From Chryseobacterium sp. (GTDB taxonomy: Bacteria > Bacteroidota > Bacteroidia > Flavobacteriales > Weeksellaceae): DNA of 64,000 nt. The notes beneath the pieces were generated by a model that was not told the DNA's origin, searched no databases, and saw nothing but the letters and a program-made list of their open reading frames with translations. Numbering within the stretch: the stretch's first letter is position 1; each line of letters begins with the position of its first letter. The position numbers were made by a program, and so were the translations under genes. This document shows positions 20,976 to 30,830 of this stretch, in pieces. The stretch is from positions 20,402 through 84,401 of the forward strand of contig JBCNMJ010000001.1 in assembly GCA_039594975.1 (NCBI GenBank), read 5' to 3'.

Positions 20976-21060
20976 GCCCCGATTGCAACGGCATCCTTTT
21001 TCTAAAATGGTTTGAAAAAAGCGCTGGCGAAAAAGATATAGTGGAAAGCGGGAAATAGCT
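20976..21060. repeat. Bacteroidota intergenic repeat element
   Basis: agccccgattgcaacggcatcctttt...aaaaagatatagtggaaagcggga with partly self-complementary ends; recognised from memory. Confidence 0.5.
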
Positions 21061-21106
21061 CCTAAAAAAAATGTTTATTAGTTTTCTATTTTAAAAGCAG
21101 TGCCTT

Positions 21107-22624
21107 TTACAGCACTACTTTTTTAATTATCTCTATTGCAGATTTTCTGTCTTCCAAAGCATTCAGTACGTCGAAAATTTTGTCGGACCAACCTGCGATG
21201 AGGTATACATCATTTTTTCTGACATCCAACGGTTGTCTTCCATAACCTGCCAAATCAAAAATATACAATTTTGCATTCGGATTGATACTTTTATATCGAT
21301 TCCATGAATCTTCAAAAGAATTTCGGGTTCCGTTGCTGTTCCACATTTGCGTATCGGTGAATAACATTACTTTATCCACTTTTTCACGTCTGTTCAACAA
21401 ATCTTCAATCACCAAATAACCGTTTGTGGAATAACCTACCTCACCTTCTCTTTTATAGAAAGCATCTACGTTGGTCAAAATACCACTTTTCGGCATTGGA
21501 ACTCGTTTCCAAGTGTCACCGAACATACCTGTAATCACGTTTTTGCATTGTGACTGCAGCATCATCGACATCAGCAAACCGATATCATACAACAATACCT
21601 TGGATTTTGGGGAAACCGGCTGTTGCATCGAACCGGATACGTCTGCCGCGATCACAACCGAAGTATCAAAACCAAAACCTTTGATATTTTTCGCACTGAT
21701 CATCACTGCATTTTCCAATGCTTCCATGATGGATGAAGTATATTTTGAATCGATATTTTTCAATTCCCTATACGCTGCCAAAAATCTGAATGGTAATTGC
21801 TTTGAATTTCTCACCGCTTTTTCATCCGATAAATAACTGCATACTTTGTTCATTGCTTCCGGAGAAACGTTGGCTTCTAAAATATTTCTAAGATTTCGCA
21901 AAGTGGCCATATATCCCAATTTATTGCTGAAAATCAATTCTTCCCATTTGTTTTTGAAAGCTGATTTTCTTTCTGCTTCATTCGCAAATTTGGTCTGACC
22001 CAACACTGAAAGTTCAACTTCCCAGGTATATGGAGTTTCCAACGAATCGTTAACGATTTTGTTGAAAATGGCCTGTTGATTTTCATCTTTTGCTTTCGGG
22101 TGAACCAAAAACAAGGCATCTTTCAAGGTAACTTCTGCTTTTCTGTTGTATTTTGCGAACTGGTATTCATCAAATTTATTGAATGATTTTACCAAACCTT
22201 TCTGAATTTGTTTTGAAAGTTTGTTCAATTTTTTCAAATCCGTTCTTTCGTTGGCTAATTGGTAGTAAGCCAGCAATTCGGTGATTTCGTCCGCTCTTTG
22301 GATCACTCCATCAACGGTTCTGCTTACCAAATGTGTACCCGAAGCTCGTTTCGCCAATTCGGTTGTTAAAACCAATGGAATAGAGCGCAAATACATATCT
22401 TTTCTTGCATAAACCGCCAATTTTGCAACAAACTCAGGATCGTTTTTCTGAATCAGAGACTGGATTCTCGCCAATCTGTCATTTCCTTTTTCATAAGTTG
22501 TGTTCGATAATCCTGTTGTAACAACAGCACTGTACAATTCTTCTGCGGGCGTCATTGTGTAAGCCTTTGCACCTTCGTAGTTTGTTACTACTTTATTCTC
22601 TTTTCTTAAAAAATTAAATTTCAT
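21107..22624 (-). CDS. rsr: Ro60/TROVE domain RNA-binding protein with vWA domain
   Basis: TNYEGAKAY, KLAVYAR, RADE, AKYNRK, YMATLRNLRN, QLPFRFLAAY; vWA MIDAS DVSGSM; FTDTQ. Confidence 0.95.
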   Translation of the reverse strand: MKFNFLRKENKVVTNYEGAKAYTMTPAEELYSAVVTTGLSNTTYEKGNDRLARIQSLIQKNDPEFVAKLAVYARKDMYLRSIPLVLTTELAKRASGTHLVSRTVDGVIQRADEITELLAYYQLANERTDLKKLNKLSKQIQKGLVKSFNKFDEYQFAKYNRKAEVTLKDALFLVHPKAKDENQQAIFNKIVNDSLETPYTWEVELSVLGQTKFANEAERKSAFKNKWEELIFSNKLGYMATLRNLRNILEANVSPEAMNKVCSYLSDEKAVRNSKQLPFRFLAAYRELKNIDSKYTSSIMEALENAVMISAKNIKGFGFDTSVVIAADVSGSMQQPVSPKSKVLLYDIGLLMSMMLQSQCKNVITGMFGDTWKRVPMPKSGILTNVDAFYKREGEVGYSTNGYLVIEDLLNRREKVDKVMLFTDTQMWNSNGTRNSFEDSWNRYKSINPNAKLYIFDLAGYGRQPLDVRKNDVYLIAGWSDKIFDVLNALEDRKSAIEIIKKVVL

Positions 22625-22683
22625 GGTTACTGTTTTTTAGTTAAACATTTTTGAGGATTATCATTCCTCTCTGATTTCTGATG

Positions 22684-22719
22684 CAAAATAAGGATGATTT
22701 TGCGCAATGTTTTTGCGTA
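22684..22719 (-). promoter_or_regulatory. Direct-repeat operator plus -7-like box upstream of Ro60
   Basis: TACGCA-N7-TGCGCA-N9-TTATTTTG on the minus strand. Confidence 0.7.
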
Positions 22720-22920
22720 GTGAAAATTTTTGTGAAAAATTCTTATTTTTTTGTTGGAAAATCGCAAAGGCGCTAAGTTTTCTTTTTATTTATGCTGTTT
22801 TTAAGGCGCAAGGATTTTTATCTGAGATGAAAATTTTGTTGTGTATATTATAAATATAGTTCAATGGTATTGACCTTTTATGGTAAAGTAATCTTTCAAA
22901 CGAAATATTTATCCGCAAAG

Positions 22921-23019
22921 TTTGTCATTCTGACACAGCCTGAAGGGATGCGAACGTAATTCAAAGAATCTCATTTTGTTCTGAGAGATTCTTCATTTCA
23001 CTTCATTCAGAATGACAAA
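22921..23019. repeat. REP-like palindromic repeat
   Basis: tttgtcattctga...agaatctc...gagattct...tcagaatgacaaa. Confidence 0.7.
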
Positions 23020-23143
23020 CGAACTGCTGAACCAACAACAGTCAAATATAAACCACCAACCAAAAGAAGAAATTTATCATTCATTTTAAGTAAAGGAATT
23101 GGAAGTGTAAAGTTTTTTGGAGAACTCTTTTTAGCTTTGCTTT

Positions 23144-23570
23144 AAAGGATTATATGAAACTCATGTTCAGGTAAGTGATTTGGAAAAGCAATAGAGTTTA
23201 CACCAACGTGTTGGAATTGAAATTGGCTCATAGAGATGAAAACCGTCCGATTGCTTTTTTATAGATCGGGGAAAATAAGGAATCGATGTAGTTATGGGGG
23301 CAGAAGGAAATTTACAGACCAGACATTTTGCTTTTACAGCCGACAAGAAGATATTCTGAATTATTCTGTTGAGTTTTTGGAAAACAAAAACCTGAAGCCA
23401 TACAATTTTCTGAAGAACGGAAGCACTCAACCCATGGTTTTCTCCTGGATGCCAGCTTTAGCAATTTATTTTAATGATCTGATGGAAATCAGCTGGAGTT
23501 TATCTCAATTCTCAGAGGTAATGGAAAGCCGGAACTGGGTGTGCTTTGTTATGAAGAATGGAGTTCAGTT
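23144..23570 (+). pseudogene. VOC/glyoxalase-family pseudogene
   Basis: Reconstructs across frames as KGLYETHVQVSDLEK..IEFYTNVLELKLAHRD..RHFAF..QPMVFSWMPALAIYFND; several 1-nt deletions and TAG stops. Confidence 0.75.
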
Positions 23571-23575
23571 ATCTT

Positions 23576-24301
23576 TTATTTACTAATAATTCTTTTGATT
23601 ACAAATTCATTGAAGAAAAAATCCCTGTAAATATTTCCGATAGGAATTTCATTTTTTCCGATATATACCGTATTATTATCAACTGATTCAATATGCTTTG
23701 TGTTAATGATATAGGATTTGCTTACTCTTACAAAGATATCTTTGGGCAACTGGTCATAAATTGTTTTGATATTCATTCCTGTGATAATTTTTTGGTTTTC
23801 GGTATGCATTACCACATAATCTTTTAGCCCTTCAATAAAAAGAATATTGTTGAATTGTACTTTAAACATTTTACGATCTGCCTTTACAAAAAAATAATCG
23901 GCAGTAATACTTTCAATATTGTGATCGGAATAATCTCCTTTCAGTAAATTAAAATAATTGTAAGCTTTTTCAACGGCTTTTCGGAAACGCCCAATCTTTA
24001 TGGGCTTTATTAAATAATCAATAGCATCAACTTCGTAGCTGTCTATCGCAAATTCAGAAAAAGCTGTCGTAAAAATGACAAAAGTTTCTTTGGAAATTGT
24101 CCTTGCAAAATCAATTCCGTTAGTTCCCGGCATTTGGATGTCGAGAAAAATCAAATCTACAGGGTTATTTTTCAAAAATTCCGATGCTGAATCCGAACTG
24201 TTAAAAGACCCACTCAAGTGTATATGCTCCGTCTGATCAATCAAAAGCTGGATGGCTTCTCTTGCCAATGGTTCGTCGTCTACAATAATACTCTTTATCA
24301 T
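23576..24301 (-). CDS. LytTR-family response regulator
   Basis: VDDEPLA, DLIFLDIQMP, FTTAF, DYLIKP, FVRVSKSYII. Confidence 0.95.
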   Translation of the reverse strand: MIKSIIVDDEPLAREAIQLLIDQTEHIHLSGSFNSSDSASEFLKNNPVDLIFLDIQMPGTNGIDFARTISKETFVIFTTAFSEFAIDSYEVDAIDYLIKPIKIGRFRKAVEKAYNYFNLLKGDYSDHNIESITADYFFVKADRKMFKVQFNNILFIEGLKDYVVMHTENQKIITGMNIKTIYDQLPKDIFVRVSKSYIINTKHIESVDNNTVYIGKNEIPIGNIYRDFFFNEFVIKRIISK

Positions 24302-24317
24302 TTGAGATGTTTTATAT

Positions 24318-24725
24318 TTAAATGATAAAATAATCTTCCTGAATAGATTTTACATTACTCAGATATTTCTTTTTCTGCAGTTTAGAATAAAGACTTGCTT
24401 TTTCCAATGCTTGCTGAAAGCGCTCCGGCTTAACGGATAATCTATTTCCATCTATCATATCAAATGTATTATTTTTAAACATAAATTCGGAAATAAATAT
24501 TACAAATGTTTCTTCCGGGATAAATTTTAAGAATTCAATCTCATTAGCTTCCAACGTCTGAACGTCGAAAAAAATAACGTTCACCATATTGGTCATCATA
24601 AAATCAGTGGCTTCCCTGGTGTCATCAAATATAGCCAGCAGTTTCAAGTTTTCGGTTTTACCAATGAGTTTTTTAAATGCATTTCTCACCATAGGCTCTT
24701 CGTATACAATAATACAGTCCATCAT
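24318..24725 (-). CDS. Degenerate stand-alone receiver domain
   Basis: Paralogous to the LytTR N-terminus (IVYEE, FFDVQ, VKPERF); acidic pocket altered. Confidence 0.7.
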   Translation of the reverse strand: MMDCIIVYEEPMVRNAFKKLIGKTENLKLLAIFDDTREATDFMMTNMVNVIFFDVQTLEANEIEFLKFIPEETFVIFISEFMFKNNTFDMIDGNRLSVKPERFQQALEKASLYSKLQKKKYLSNVKSIQEDYFII

Positions 24726-24773
24726 AATTTCTAAAGTTATTAATTGGATGAATAGCTTATTCTGAGGCTCAGA

Positions 24774-25781
24774 TTAAAGCTCAAAAGTCAAGTTTATACA
24801 ATACGTTTCAGGATTATTTTCAATAATTAAAGTATGGGAAGAAGGAAAAAGCAGATCCAGCCTACGCTTAATGTTGGCAAGCCCTAATCCGCCGGAAGCT
24901 GTATGTACAGCTTTTGTATTGGGCTTTGAATTGATACATTTGAAGTGAAGCTCATTATTTTTAACCTCAAAAAACAGATTTACGTAAGACAGTTTTGAGG
25001 AATCATTATTATGTTTCACTGCATTTTCTACAAATGAAATAAAGAGCAATGGCGGAATCTGAACACCACTTAAGTTTCCTTCTTTGGAAATCAGGAAATC
25101 AAAATTATCACGCCTTACCTGTTCCAGATTCAGAAAATCTTCAAGAAAATGAATATCTGAAGTCAGAAAAACAAATTCCCTGGAACTGTCATACAGTTGA
25201 TAACGCAGAAGATCGCTGAGTTTCATCAATACTTGTGATGCCTTTTCAGGATCCTTTCTGGTAAGAACATTCGCATTGTTGAGCATATTAAAAAGAAAGT
25301 GCGGATTAATCTGATTTTTCAGCTGATCAAGCTCGGTTGTCATTTTCGATTTTTCCAATTCATAGATAACCTGTTTATCAACAACCCATTTTTGAAAAAA
25401 TTTTATTGATGCCGAAGCGGAAATAAGGATCAGAATAAGCGCTACGAAAAGAGGAATATTGAGTCCGTCAGCTCCGGATTTAGAAAAAGAAGTTCCTGAA
25501 AAAACAGAAATTGCAACAATTCCCAGAATTGACAGAATATATAAAACATACTTGTTATTAAACAAAAGTTTCGGCACCAGTACATACATATTGATATAAA
25601 ACAAAAGCAGTACAAAAAGTAAAACCAGAGTAGGCTCAGCAATTTCTGAAGAGCTGTTGTATAAAACCGTACTGATCATAAAAATGAGCAGCAGATGCCT
25701 GAAAATTCTGTATCTGGAAGAAATCAGGAACTGGATAGCCCAGGATTCGTTTGCAAATTGCTTATCTAAAACTTTATTCAT
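24774..25781 (-). CDS. LytS-type sensor histidine kinase
   Basis: LKNQINPHFLFNMLN, FVENAVKH, GGLGLANI. Confidence 0.93.
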   Translation of the reverse strand: MNKVLDKQFANESWAIQFLISSRYRIFRHLLLIFMISTVLYNSSSEIAEPTLVLLFVLLLFYINMYVLVPKLLFNNKYVLYILSILGIVAISVFSGTSFSKSGADGLNIPLFVALILILISASASIKFFQKWVVDKQVIYELEKSKMTTELDQLKNQINPHFLFNMLNNANVLTRKDPEKASQVLMKLSDLLRYQLYDSSREFVFLTSDIHFLEDFLNLEQVRRDNFDFLISKEGNLSGVQIPPLLFISFVENAVKHNNDSSKLSYVNLFFEVKNNELHFKCINSKPNTKAVHTASGGLGLANIKRRLDLLFPSSHTLIIENNPETYCINLTFEL

Positions 25782-26043
25782 TTTCTCAATAATAGTAAGA
25801 CAAATGTATAACGTAAAAATATATGTGAATGGTAATTTTATACAAAAACAGATTATTTATAGACCAAATTAAAAAGCAGCTGAAATTTTCTCATTTTCTT
25901 ATAAAATAAGTCAGTTTTACTTTAGTAGTAATCAAACATACTTTTATCTATCAGCTTTTTCATTTGGTATAATTCATCGAATTATGGTCTTTTAAAACCA
26001 TAGCTTCGTTCGGAAATAGCAGTAATTATTTAAAATTTAATCG

Positions 26044-28443
26044 ATGAAATACAAAATCCAGAGCACCCTGTTTTTTTTCCTTGCTTTTTCATTAAAGACC
26101 TATTCGCAAGAAAGGGGAAATGATCAGGTGAAGCAGAAATTCACCTTAAGCGGGACCGTTGCCAACATTCTTAATAATGAAACACTGATCGGCGCCAATA
26201 TTACCATTCCCGAAATTAATACAACCATTACTACCAATTCTTATGGATTTTATTCTGTCACTTTACCAAAGGGAGATTATACCATCATCATCAGTAATAC
26301 AGGTTTTGATAATATTGAAGAAAAAATATCGCTCTCGGAAAACATAAAGAAAAATTTCGTTATGTCTGAAAAAAGCAAGGCCATAGAAGAAGTTGTCATA
26401 AAAGCAAACAGTACAAAAACAAACATTCAGAAGCCTGAGATGAGTGTAAACAAGCTATCTATTGAAACCATAAAAAAAATGCCTGCAGTAATGGGTGAGG
26501 TAGATGTATTGAAATCCATTTCACAGCTTCCCGGTGTCTCCAATGCACAGGAAGGTTCATCCGGATTTAATGTAAGAGGAGGCTCCGTAGACGGAAATCT
26601 GGTTTTACTCGATGAGGCTATTGTTTACAATACTTCTCATTTATTCGGATTCTTTTCCGTTTTTAATGCCGATGTCATTAAAGATTTAAAATTATACAAA
26701 GGAGGAATTCCTGCCAATTTCGGAGGGCGTATTTCTTCCGTTCTGGATATTTATCAAAAAGAAGGAAATAATAAAGAATATCACGCAAGCGGCGGAATTG
26801 GAGCCATCTCCAGCAGGTTATTGGTTGAAGGCCCCCTTGTGAAAGAAAAAAGCTCGTTTGTGGTAGCCGGCCGCGCTTCCTACGCACATCTCATTATGAA
26901 ACTTGCCAATGAACCAAACTCTGCGTACTTCTATGACCTGAATGCCAAATTAAACTATAAGCTGAATGATAAAAATAATCTTTTCCTGTCCGGATATTTG
27001 GGTAATGATAATATGAATTTCAATGACGGCTTTATCAATACCTACGGCAATTCTATTCTGAATCTGAGATGGAATCACATTTTTTCTGATAAGTTATTTT
27101 CCAATGCTTCGGTAATTTATAGTGATTACAATTATGGATTGCAGCTGAGATTTGTAGGTATCGACTGGAAATCAGATATTAAAAATTACAACTTTAAGTA
27201 TGATTTCAAACATTATTTGTCTAATAAACTCAATCTAAGTTATGGTCTCAACTCCATTTATTATCAATTCAATCCAGGAACGATAAAGCCATTTGGCGAA
27301 ACTTCGAGCATCAATCCTGATCAGATCGCAAAAAAGTATGCTTTTGAGAACGCTTTATACATCAGTGCAGAGCAAAAAATCTCCGAGAAACTGGCTATCA
27401 ATTATGGTCTTAGATACAGTTATTTTCAAAGGCTCGGTAAGGAATCTATTAGTACATATGAAAATAACCAACCTGTGATTTTTAACCCGGAATTGCAGAT
27501 TTACGAAGAAGCAAAACCTACAGGAACAGTCACTTATGGTAAAAACAAAAAAATTATTGATTTTGGAAATCTTGAACCCCGCTTTTCCGCCGCCTACTCT
27601 TTCAATGAAAATCAATCTTTGAAAGCAAGCTATAACCGGATGAGTCAGTATGTTCATCTTATCTCCAATACGGCTTCCGTTTCCCCGCTTGATATCTGGG
27701 CGCCGAGTGATCAATATCTAAAGCCTGAAATTCTGGATCAGGTGGCACTGGGCTATTTTCAAAACTTTAAAAACGGAAAATATTCTTTGGAAGTGGAAAC
27801 TTTTTATAAAAAAATAAAAAATAAGGCAGATTACATAGACGGAGCCGAGCTTATTGCCAACAAAGCCATTGAGAGAGTCCTTCTAAATGGCGAAGGAAGA
27901 GCCTACGGTCTGGAAATTATGGCTAAAAAAAATACAGGAAAATTAACAGGCTGGTTGTCTTATACCCTTTCCAGGGCAGAGCAAAGAACTCCGGGAAGAA
28001 ATGCAAGTGAACCGGGGATCAATAACGGAGAATGGTATCGTGCCAATTATGATAAAATGCACAATTTTTCCATTACGGCAGCATATCAGTTCAGTAAAAA
28101 ATGGTCATTTGGAGGGATTTTCACTTTTCAGTCCGGAAAAGCCGCTACATTTCCCAACGGAAAATATCAGTACCAGGATATTACCATTGCCAGCTATGGC
28201 TTAAGAAACAAAAACTCACTTTCAGCTTATCATCATTTGGATCTGTCCGCGACATATACTCCAAAGCCGGATAAAGCCAGGAGATGGAAAAGCGAATGGG
28301 TTTTCAGCATCTATAATATTTACGGAAGAAACAATGCTGCGGCTTTCACTTTCGGACAAAATACAGACACCGGAGCCAGTGAAGTGAAAAGGATGTCCAT
28401 TTTTGGGATTATTCCGAGTGTGACCTATAATTTCAAATTTTAA
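26044..28443 (+). CDS. TonB-dependent receptor
   Basis: CarboxypepD-like N-terminus, plug (NVRGGSVDGN), C-terminal TYNFKF. Confidence 0.93.
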   Translation: MKYKIQSTLFFFLAFSLKTYSQERGNDQVKQKFTLSGTVANILNNETLIGANITIPEINTTITTNSYGFYSVTLPKGDYTIIISNTGFDNIEEKISLSENIKKNFVMSEKSKAIEEVVIKANSTKTNIQKPEMSVNKLSIETIKKMPAVMGEVDVLKSISQLPGVSNAQEGSSGFNVRGGSVDGNLVLLDEAIVYNTSHLFGFFSVFNADVIKDLKLYKGGIPANFGGRISSVLDIYQKEGNNKEYHASGGIGAISSRLLVEGPLVKEKSSFVVAGRASYAHLIMKLANEPNSAYFYDLNAKLNYKLNDKNNLFLSGYLGNDNMNFNDGFINTYGNSILNLRWNHIFSDKLFSNASVIYSDYNYGLQLRFVGIDWKSDIKNYNFKYDFKHYLSNKLNLSYGLNSIYYQFNPGTIKPFGETSSINPDQIAKKYAFENALYISAEQKISEKLAINYGLRYSYFQRLGKESISTYENNQPVIFNPELQIYEEAKPTGTVTYGKNKKIIDFGNLEPRFSAAYSFNENQSLKASYNRMSQYVHLISNTASVSPLDIWAPSDQYLKPEILDQVALGYFQNFKNGKYSLEVETFYKKIKNKADYIDGAELIANKAIERVLLNGEGRAYGLEIMAKKNTGKLTGWLSYTLSRAEQRTPGRNASEPGINNGEWYRANYDKMHNFSITAAYQFSKKWSFGGIFTFQSGKAATFPNGKYQYQDITIASYGLRNKNSLSAYHHLDLSATYTPKPDKARRWKSEWVFSIYNIYGRNNAAAFTFGQNTDTGASEVKRMSIFGIIPSVTYNFKF

Positions 28444-28461
28444 CCTTAAAGACAATATAAC

Positions 28462-29283
28462 ATGAAAATATTTAAAAAATTTCTGATCATCATAACCGGT
28501 TTTATCCTTGTCTCATGTGAAAAAGTAATTGAAGTGGATCTGGAAACAGCAGAGCCAAAACTTGTTATTGATGCTTCTATCGATTGGGTAAAAAACACTT
28601 CGGGAAATATCCAAAAAATTAAATTATCTACCACGACAGCCTATTACAACAATGAATTCCCACCGGTTTCCGGGGCGGATATTACAGTAAGTAATTCTTC
28701 CAATACCATTTTTAATTTCATTGAAAATCCGGGAACGGGAAAATATATCTGTAACAACTTCCAGCCTGTAATTGGTGAAACTTATACTTTAAAGGTTGTT
28801 GTAAACGGCGAAACCTATACTGCTACGGAAAAGCTGATTAACGTTCCGAATATTGAAGATAATATAGAGCAAAATAACGAAGGAGGACTAACTGGAGATG
28901 AAGTCGAAATTGTTTATTACTATTACGATGATGGAGCACAGGAAAATTATTATCTGAACCGTGTAACCATTCCTGAAATAACATTTCCTCAATACCGTGT
29001 GGAAAACGACGAAAATAACCAAGGTAACCTCACTCCCATATTTTTTTCAAACAAAGACCTAAAAGCAGGAGATGCTGTAGATATCAAACTCTATGGAATA
29101 TCCAAAAGATATTATGACTATTTCAAAAAAATACTTTCCGCATCTGGTAATAATAGCAACCCGTTTTCTACCATACCGACTGCTGTACGCGGAAATATTA
29201 TTAACCAGACCAATGGCAATAATTTTCCTTTCGGATATTTCAGATTATCTGAAGTGGCTGTTAAAAATTATACGATTCAATAA
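28462..29283 (+). CDS. DUF4249-family lipoprotein
   Basis: LVSCEKVIEVDL lipobox; RGNIINQT..FPFGYF C-terminus; follows the TonB receptor. Confidence 0.8.
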   Translation: MKIFKKFLIIITGFILVSCEKVIEVDLETAEPKLVIDASIDWVKNTSGNIQKIKLSTTTAYYNNEFPPVSGADITVSNSSNTIFNFIENPGTGKYICNNFQPVIGETYTLKVVVNGETYTATEKLINVPNIEDNIEQNNEGGLTGDEVEIVYYYYDDGAQENYYLNRVTIPEITFPQYRVENDENNQGNLTPIFFSNKDLKAGDAVDIKLYGISKRYYDYFKKILSASGNNSNPFSTIPTAVRGNIINQTNGNNFPFGYFRLSEVAVKNYTIQ

Positions 29284-29295
29284 TATTAAATAACT

Positions 29296-29323
29296 AAAAA
29301 CTCCCTTTTTGCAAGGGAGTTCT
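29296..29323. terminator. Bidirectional terminator
   Basis: aaaaactccctt-tttgc-aagggagttctt between convergent genes. Confidence 0.65.
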
Positions 29324-29353
29324 TGTTATAGATTGTACTATTCAATTGTTGCA

Positions 29354-29902
29354 TTACTGCTGCAGGCACCAATGCAAAATTTTCGCGATATTTTTAGCAT
29401 CATCCACACCTCTGTGATGCGTACCTTCAAGCTTGAGATTCAGTTCACCCAAAGCTCTTGCCATACCTACACTTTTGCGAACCGTCGGATGCAATTCTCC
29501 GAATAAGGTTTTCACGTTGATATGGTCATCACTCAAAGGATAATCCACATGAAATCTTCTTGCCTGATTTTGAAGCATGTTCAGATCGTAGTTTCCGTAA
29601 CTCGCCCAGGTCAGTTCTTCAGAATCGTATTCTGCTCTCAGAATATCTAATGCATCTTCCAGTAAAATGCCTTCATCATCAAGCATTTTCTGGGTAATGG
29701 AAGTCAGTTCCGTACAAAAAGGACTTACTTTTGAATATTGAGGTTTTACTAAAATCCCTTCATTTTTGGAAATCTTACCGGTTTTTGCATCCATAATACA
29801 AACTCCGATTTCAATGATTTCACTTTCCTGGCCTCTCGGCGGCCGGTCTTCCCAACATGTGGCTTCGAGGTCTATAATTAATATATTGTCTGTTGTTTTC
29901 AC
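29354..29902 (-). CDS. DEDDh 3'-5' exonuclease (ERI-1/KapD-like), copy 2
   Basis: IIDLEATCWE, WASYGNYD, HHRGVDDA. Confidence 0.9.
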   Translation of the reverse strand: MKTTDNILIIDLEATCWEDRPPRGQESEIIEIGVCIMDAKTGKISKNEGILVKPQYSKVSPFCTELTSITQKMLDDEGILLEDALDILRAEYDSEELTWASYGNYDLNMLQNQARRFHVDYPLSDDHINVKTLFGELHPTVRKSVGMARALGELNLKLEGTHHRGVDDAKNIAKILHWCLQQ

Positions 29903-29927
29903 TTTTTTAATTATTTGTTGTTAAAAT

Positions 29928-30473
29928 TTACCGCAAAATTTCTCTTAAAATCTTAGCGGCATTGTAAGCATCGTCTGCTCCACTGTGATGATTGCCTTCA
30001 AAGTTCATATTCAGAAACTTTAAAGCTCTTTTCAGGCCCATCATTTTATGAAGTCCGTTATAATTTTTAAACTGATGCATCACGTTGATATAATTTTCTG
30101 AAAAAGGATTTTCGATACCAAGATAATCACACTGCTCCATGATCTGTTCCTGATCAAAACTTCCGAAACCAGCCCAGGTAAGCCGCGAAGAATGGTATTC
30201 ATTCTTTATTTTCTCACAGGCTTCTTCGAAATAGATTCCTTTTTCTTCGATAAGTTGTGGAGTAATCCCGGTAAGATCTGTACAAAATCTACTGATCTTA
30301 GATCTTTCGGGAATTACATAGATACTTTGTTTCTTAGAAATTGCTTTTGTTGTTCTGTTTAATTCGCAAATTCCTATTTCTATGATATCGACTTTTTGCC
30401 CAACCGGAATCCTGTCGTTTTCCCAACATGTGGCTTCTAAATCGATGATTATTATTTCATTAGTTGTTTTCAT
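29928..30473 (-). CDS. DEDDh 3'-5' exonuclease (ERI-1/KapD-like), copy 1
   Basis: IIDLEATCWE, WAGFGSFD, HHSGADDA; likely start MKTTNE at 30473. Confidence 0.9.
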   Translation of the reverse strand: MKTTNEIIIIDLEATCWENDRIPVGQKVDIIEIGICELNRTTKAISKKQSIYVIPERSKISRFCTDLTGITPQLIEEKGIYFEEACEKIKNEYHSSRLTWAGFGSFDQEQIMEQCDYLGIENPFSENYINVMHQFKNYNGLHKMMGLKRALKFLNMNFEGNHHSGADDAYNAAKILREILR

Positions 30474-30586
30474 TTTGATTAATTTAATTCTACTTGTTTT
30501 CACTCATTGCATTGGGTTATTTTTGGTTGAAGGAGAATTAGGAAGAAGTTCTCTGAAGAAGAATTGACGTTGCTGATAAAGCTTTG

Positions 30587-30622
30587 CAAAGGTAAATCAG
30601 TAGTACGCATTCTATTTACACA
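30587..30622 (-). promoter_or_regulatory. Direct-repeat operator plus -7 box upstream of the exonuclease pair
   Basis: TGTGTA-N7-TGCGTA-N9-TACCTTTG on the minus strand. Confidence 0.75.
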
Positions 30623-30676
30623 GTTAAAATAATTTTCAAAATTTCTGTAATTTTTATTTTAATTCCATGCTAAAAC

Positions 30677-30754
30677 TGTCATTATGAATGTAACGAAGTG
30701 GAGTGAAGAATCTCTAATACCTAACGCCGAGATTCTTCCTTCGTCAGAATGACA
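30677..30754. repeat. REP-like palindromic repeat
   Basis: tgtcattatga...agaatctc...gagattct...cagaatgaca; same family as 22921-23019. Confidence 0.7.
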
Positions 30755-30830
30755 AACTTTCTGCACATTAAATCAAGAAATTTATGGTTCAATTTAACAT
30801 GTAAAAAAGTTTCGATAATAATTACCGAAA

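Noticed and set aside
22760-22820. cgcaaaggcgc-type short repeats (also near 53992-54055)
   Set aside because: Look like common flavobacterial intergenic repeats; no locus-specific signal
23236-23586. 116-aa ORF as an intact gene
   Set aside because: It is a mosaic of frames from the VOC pseudogene
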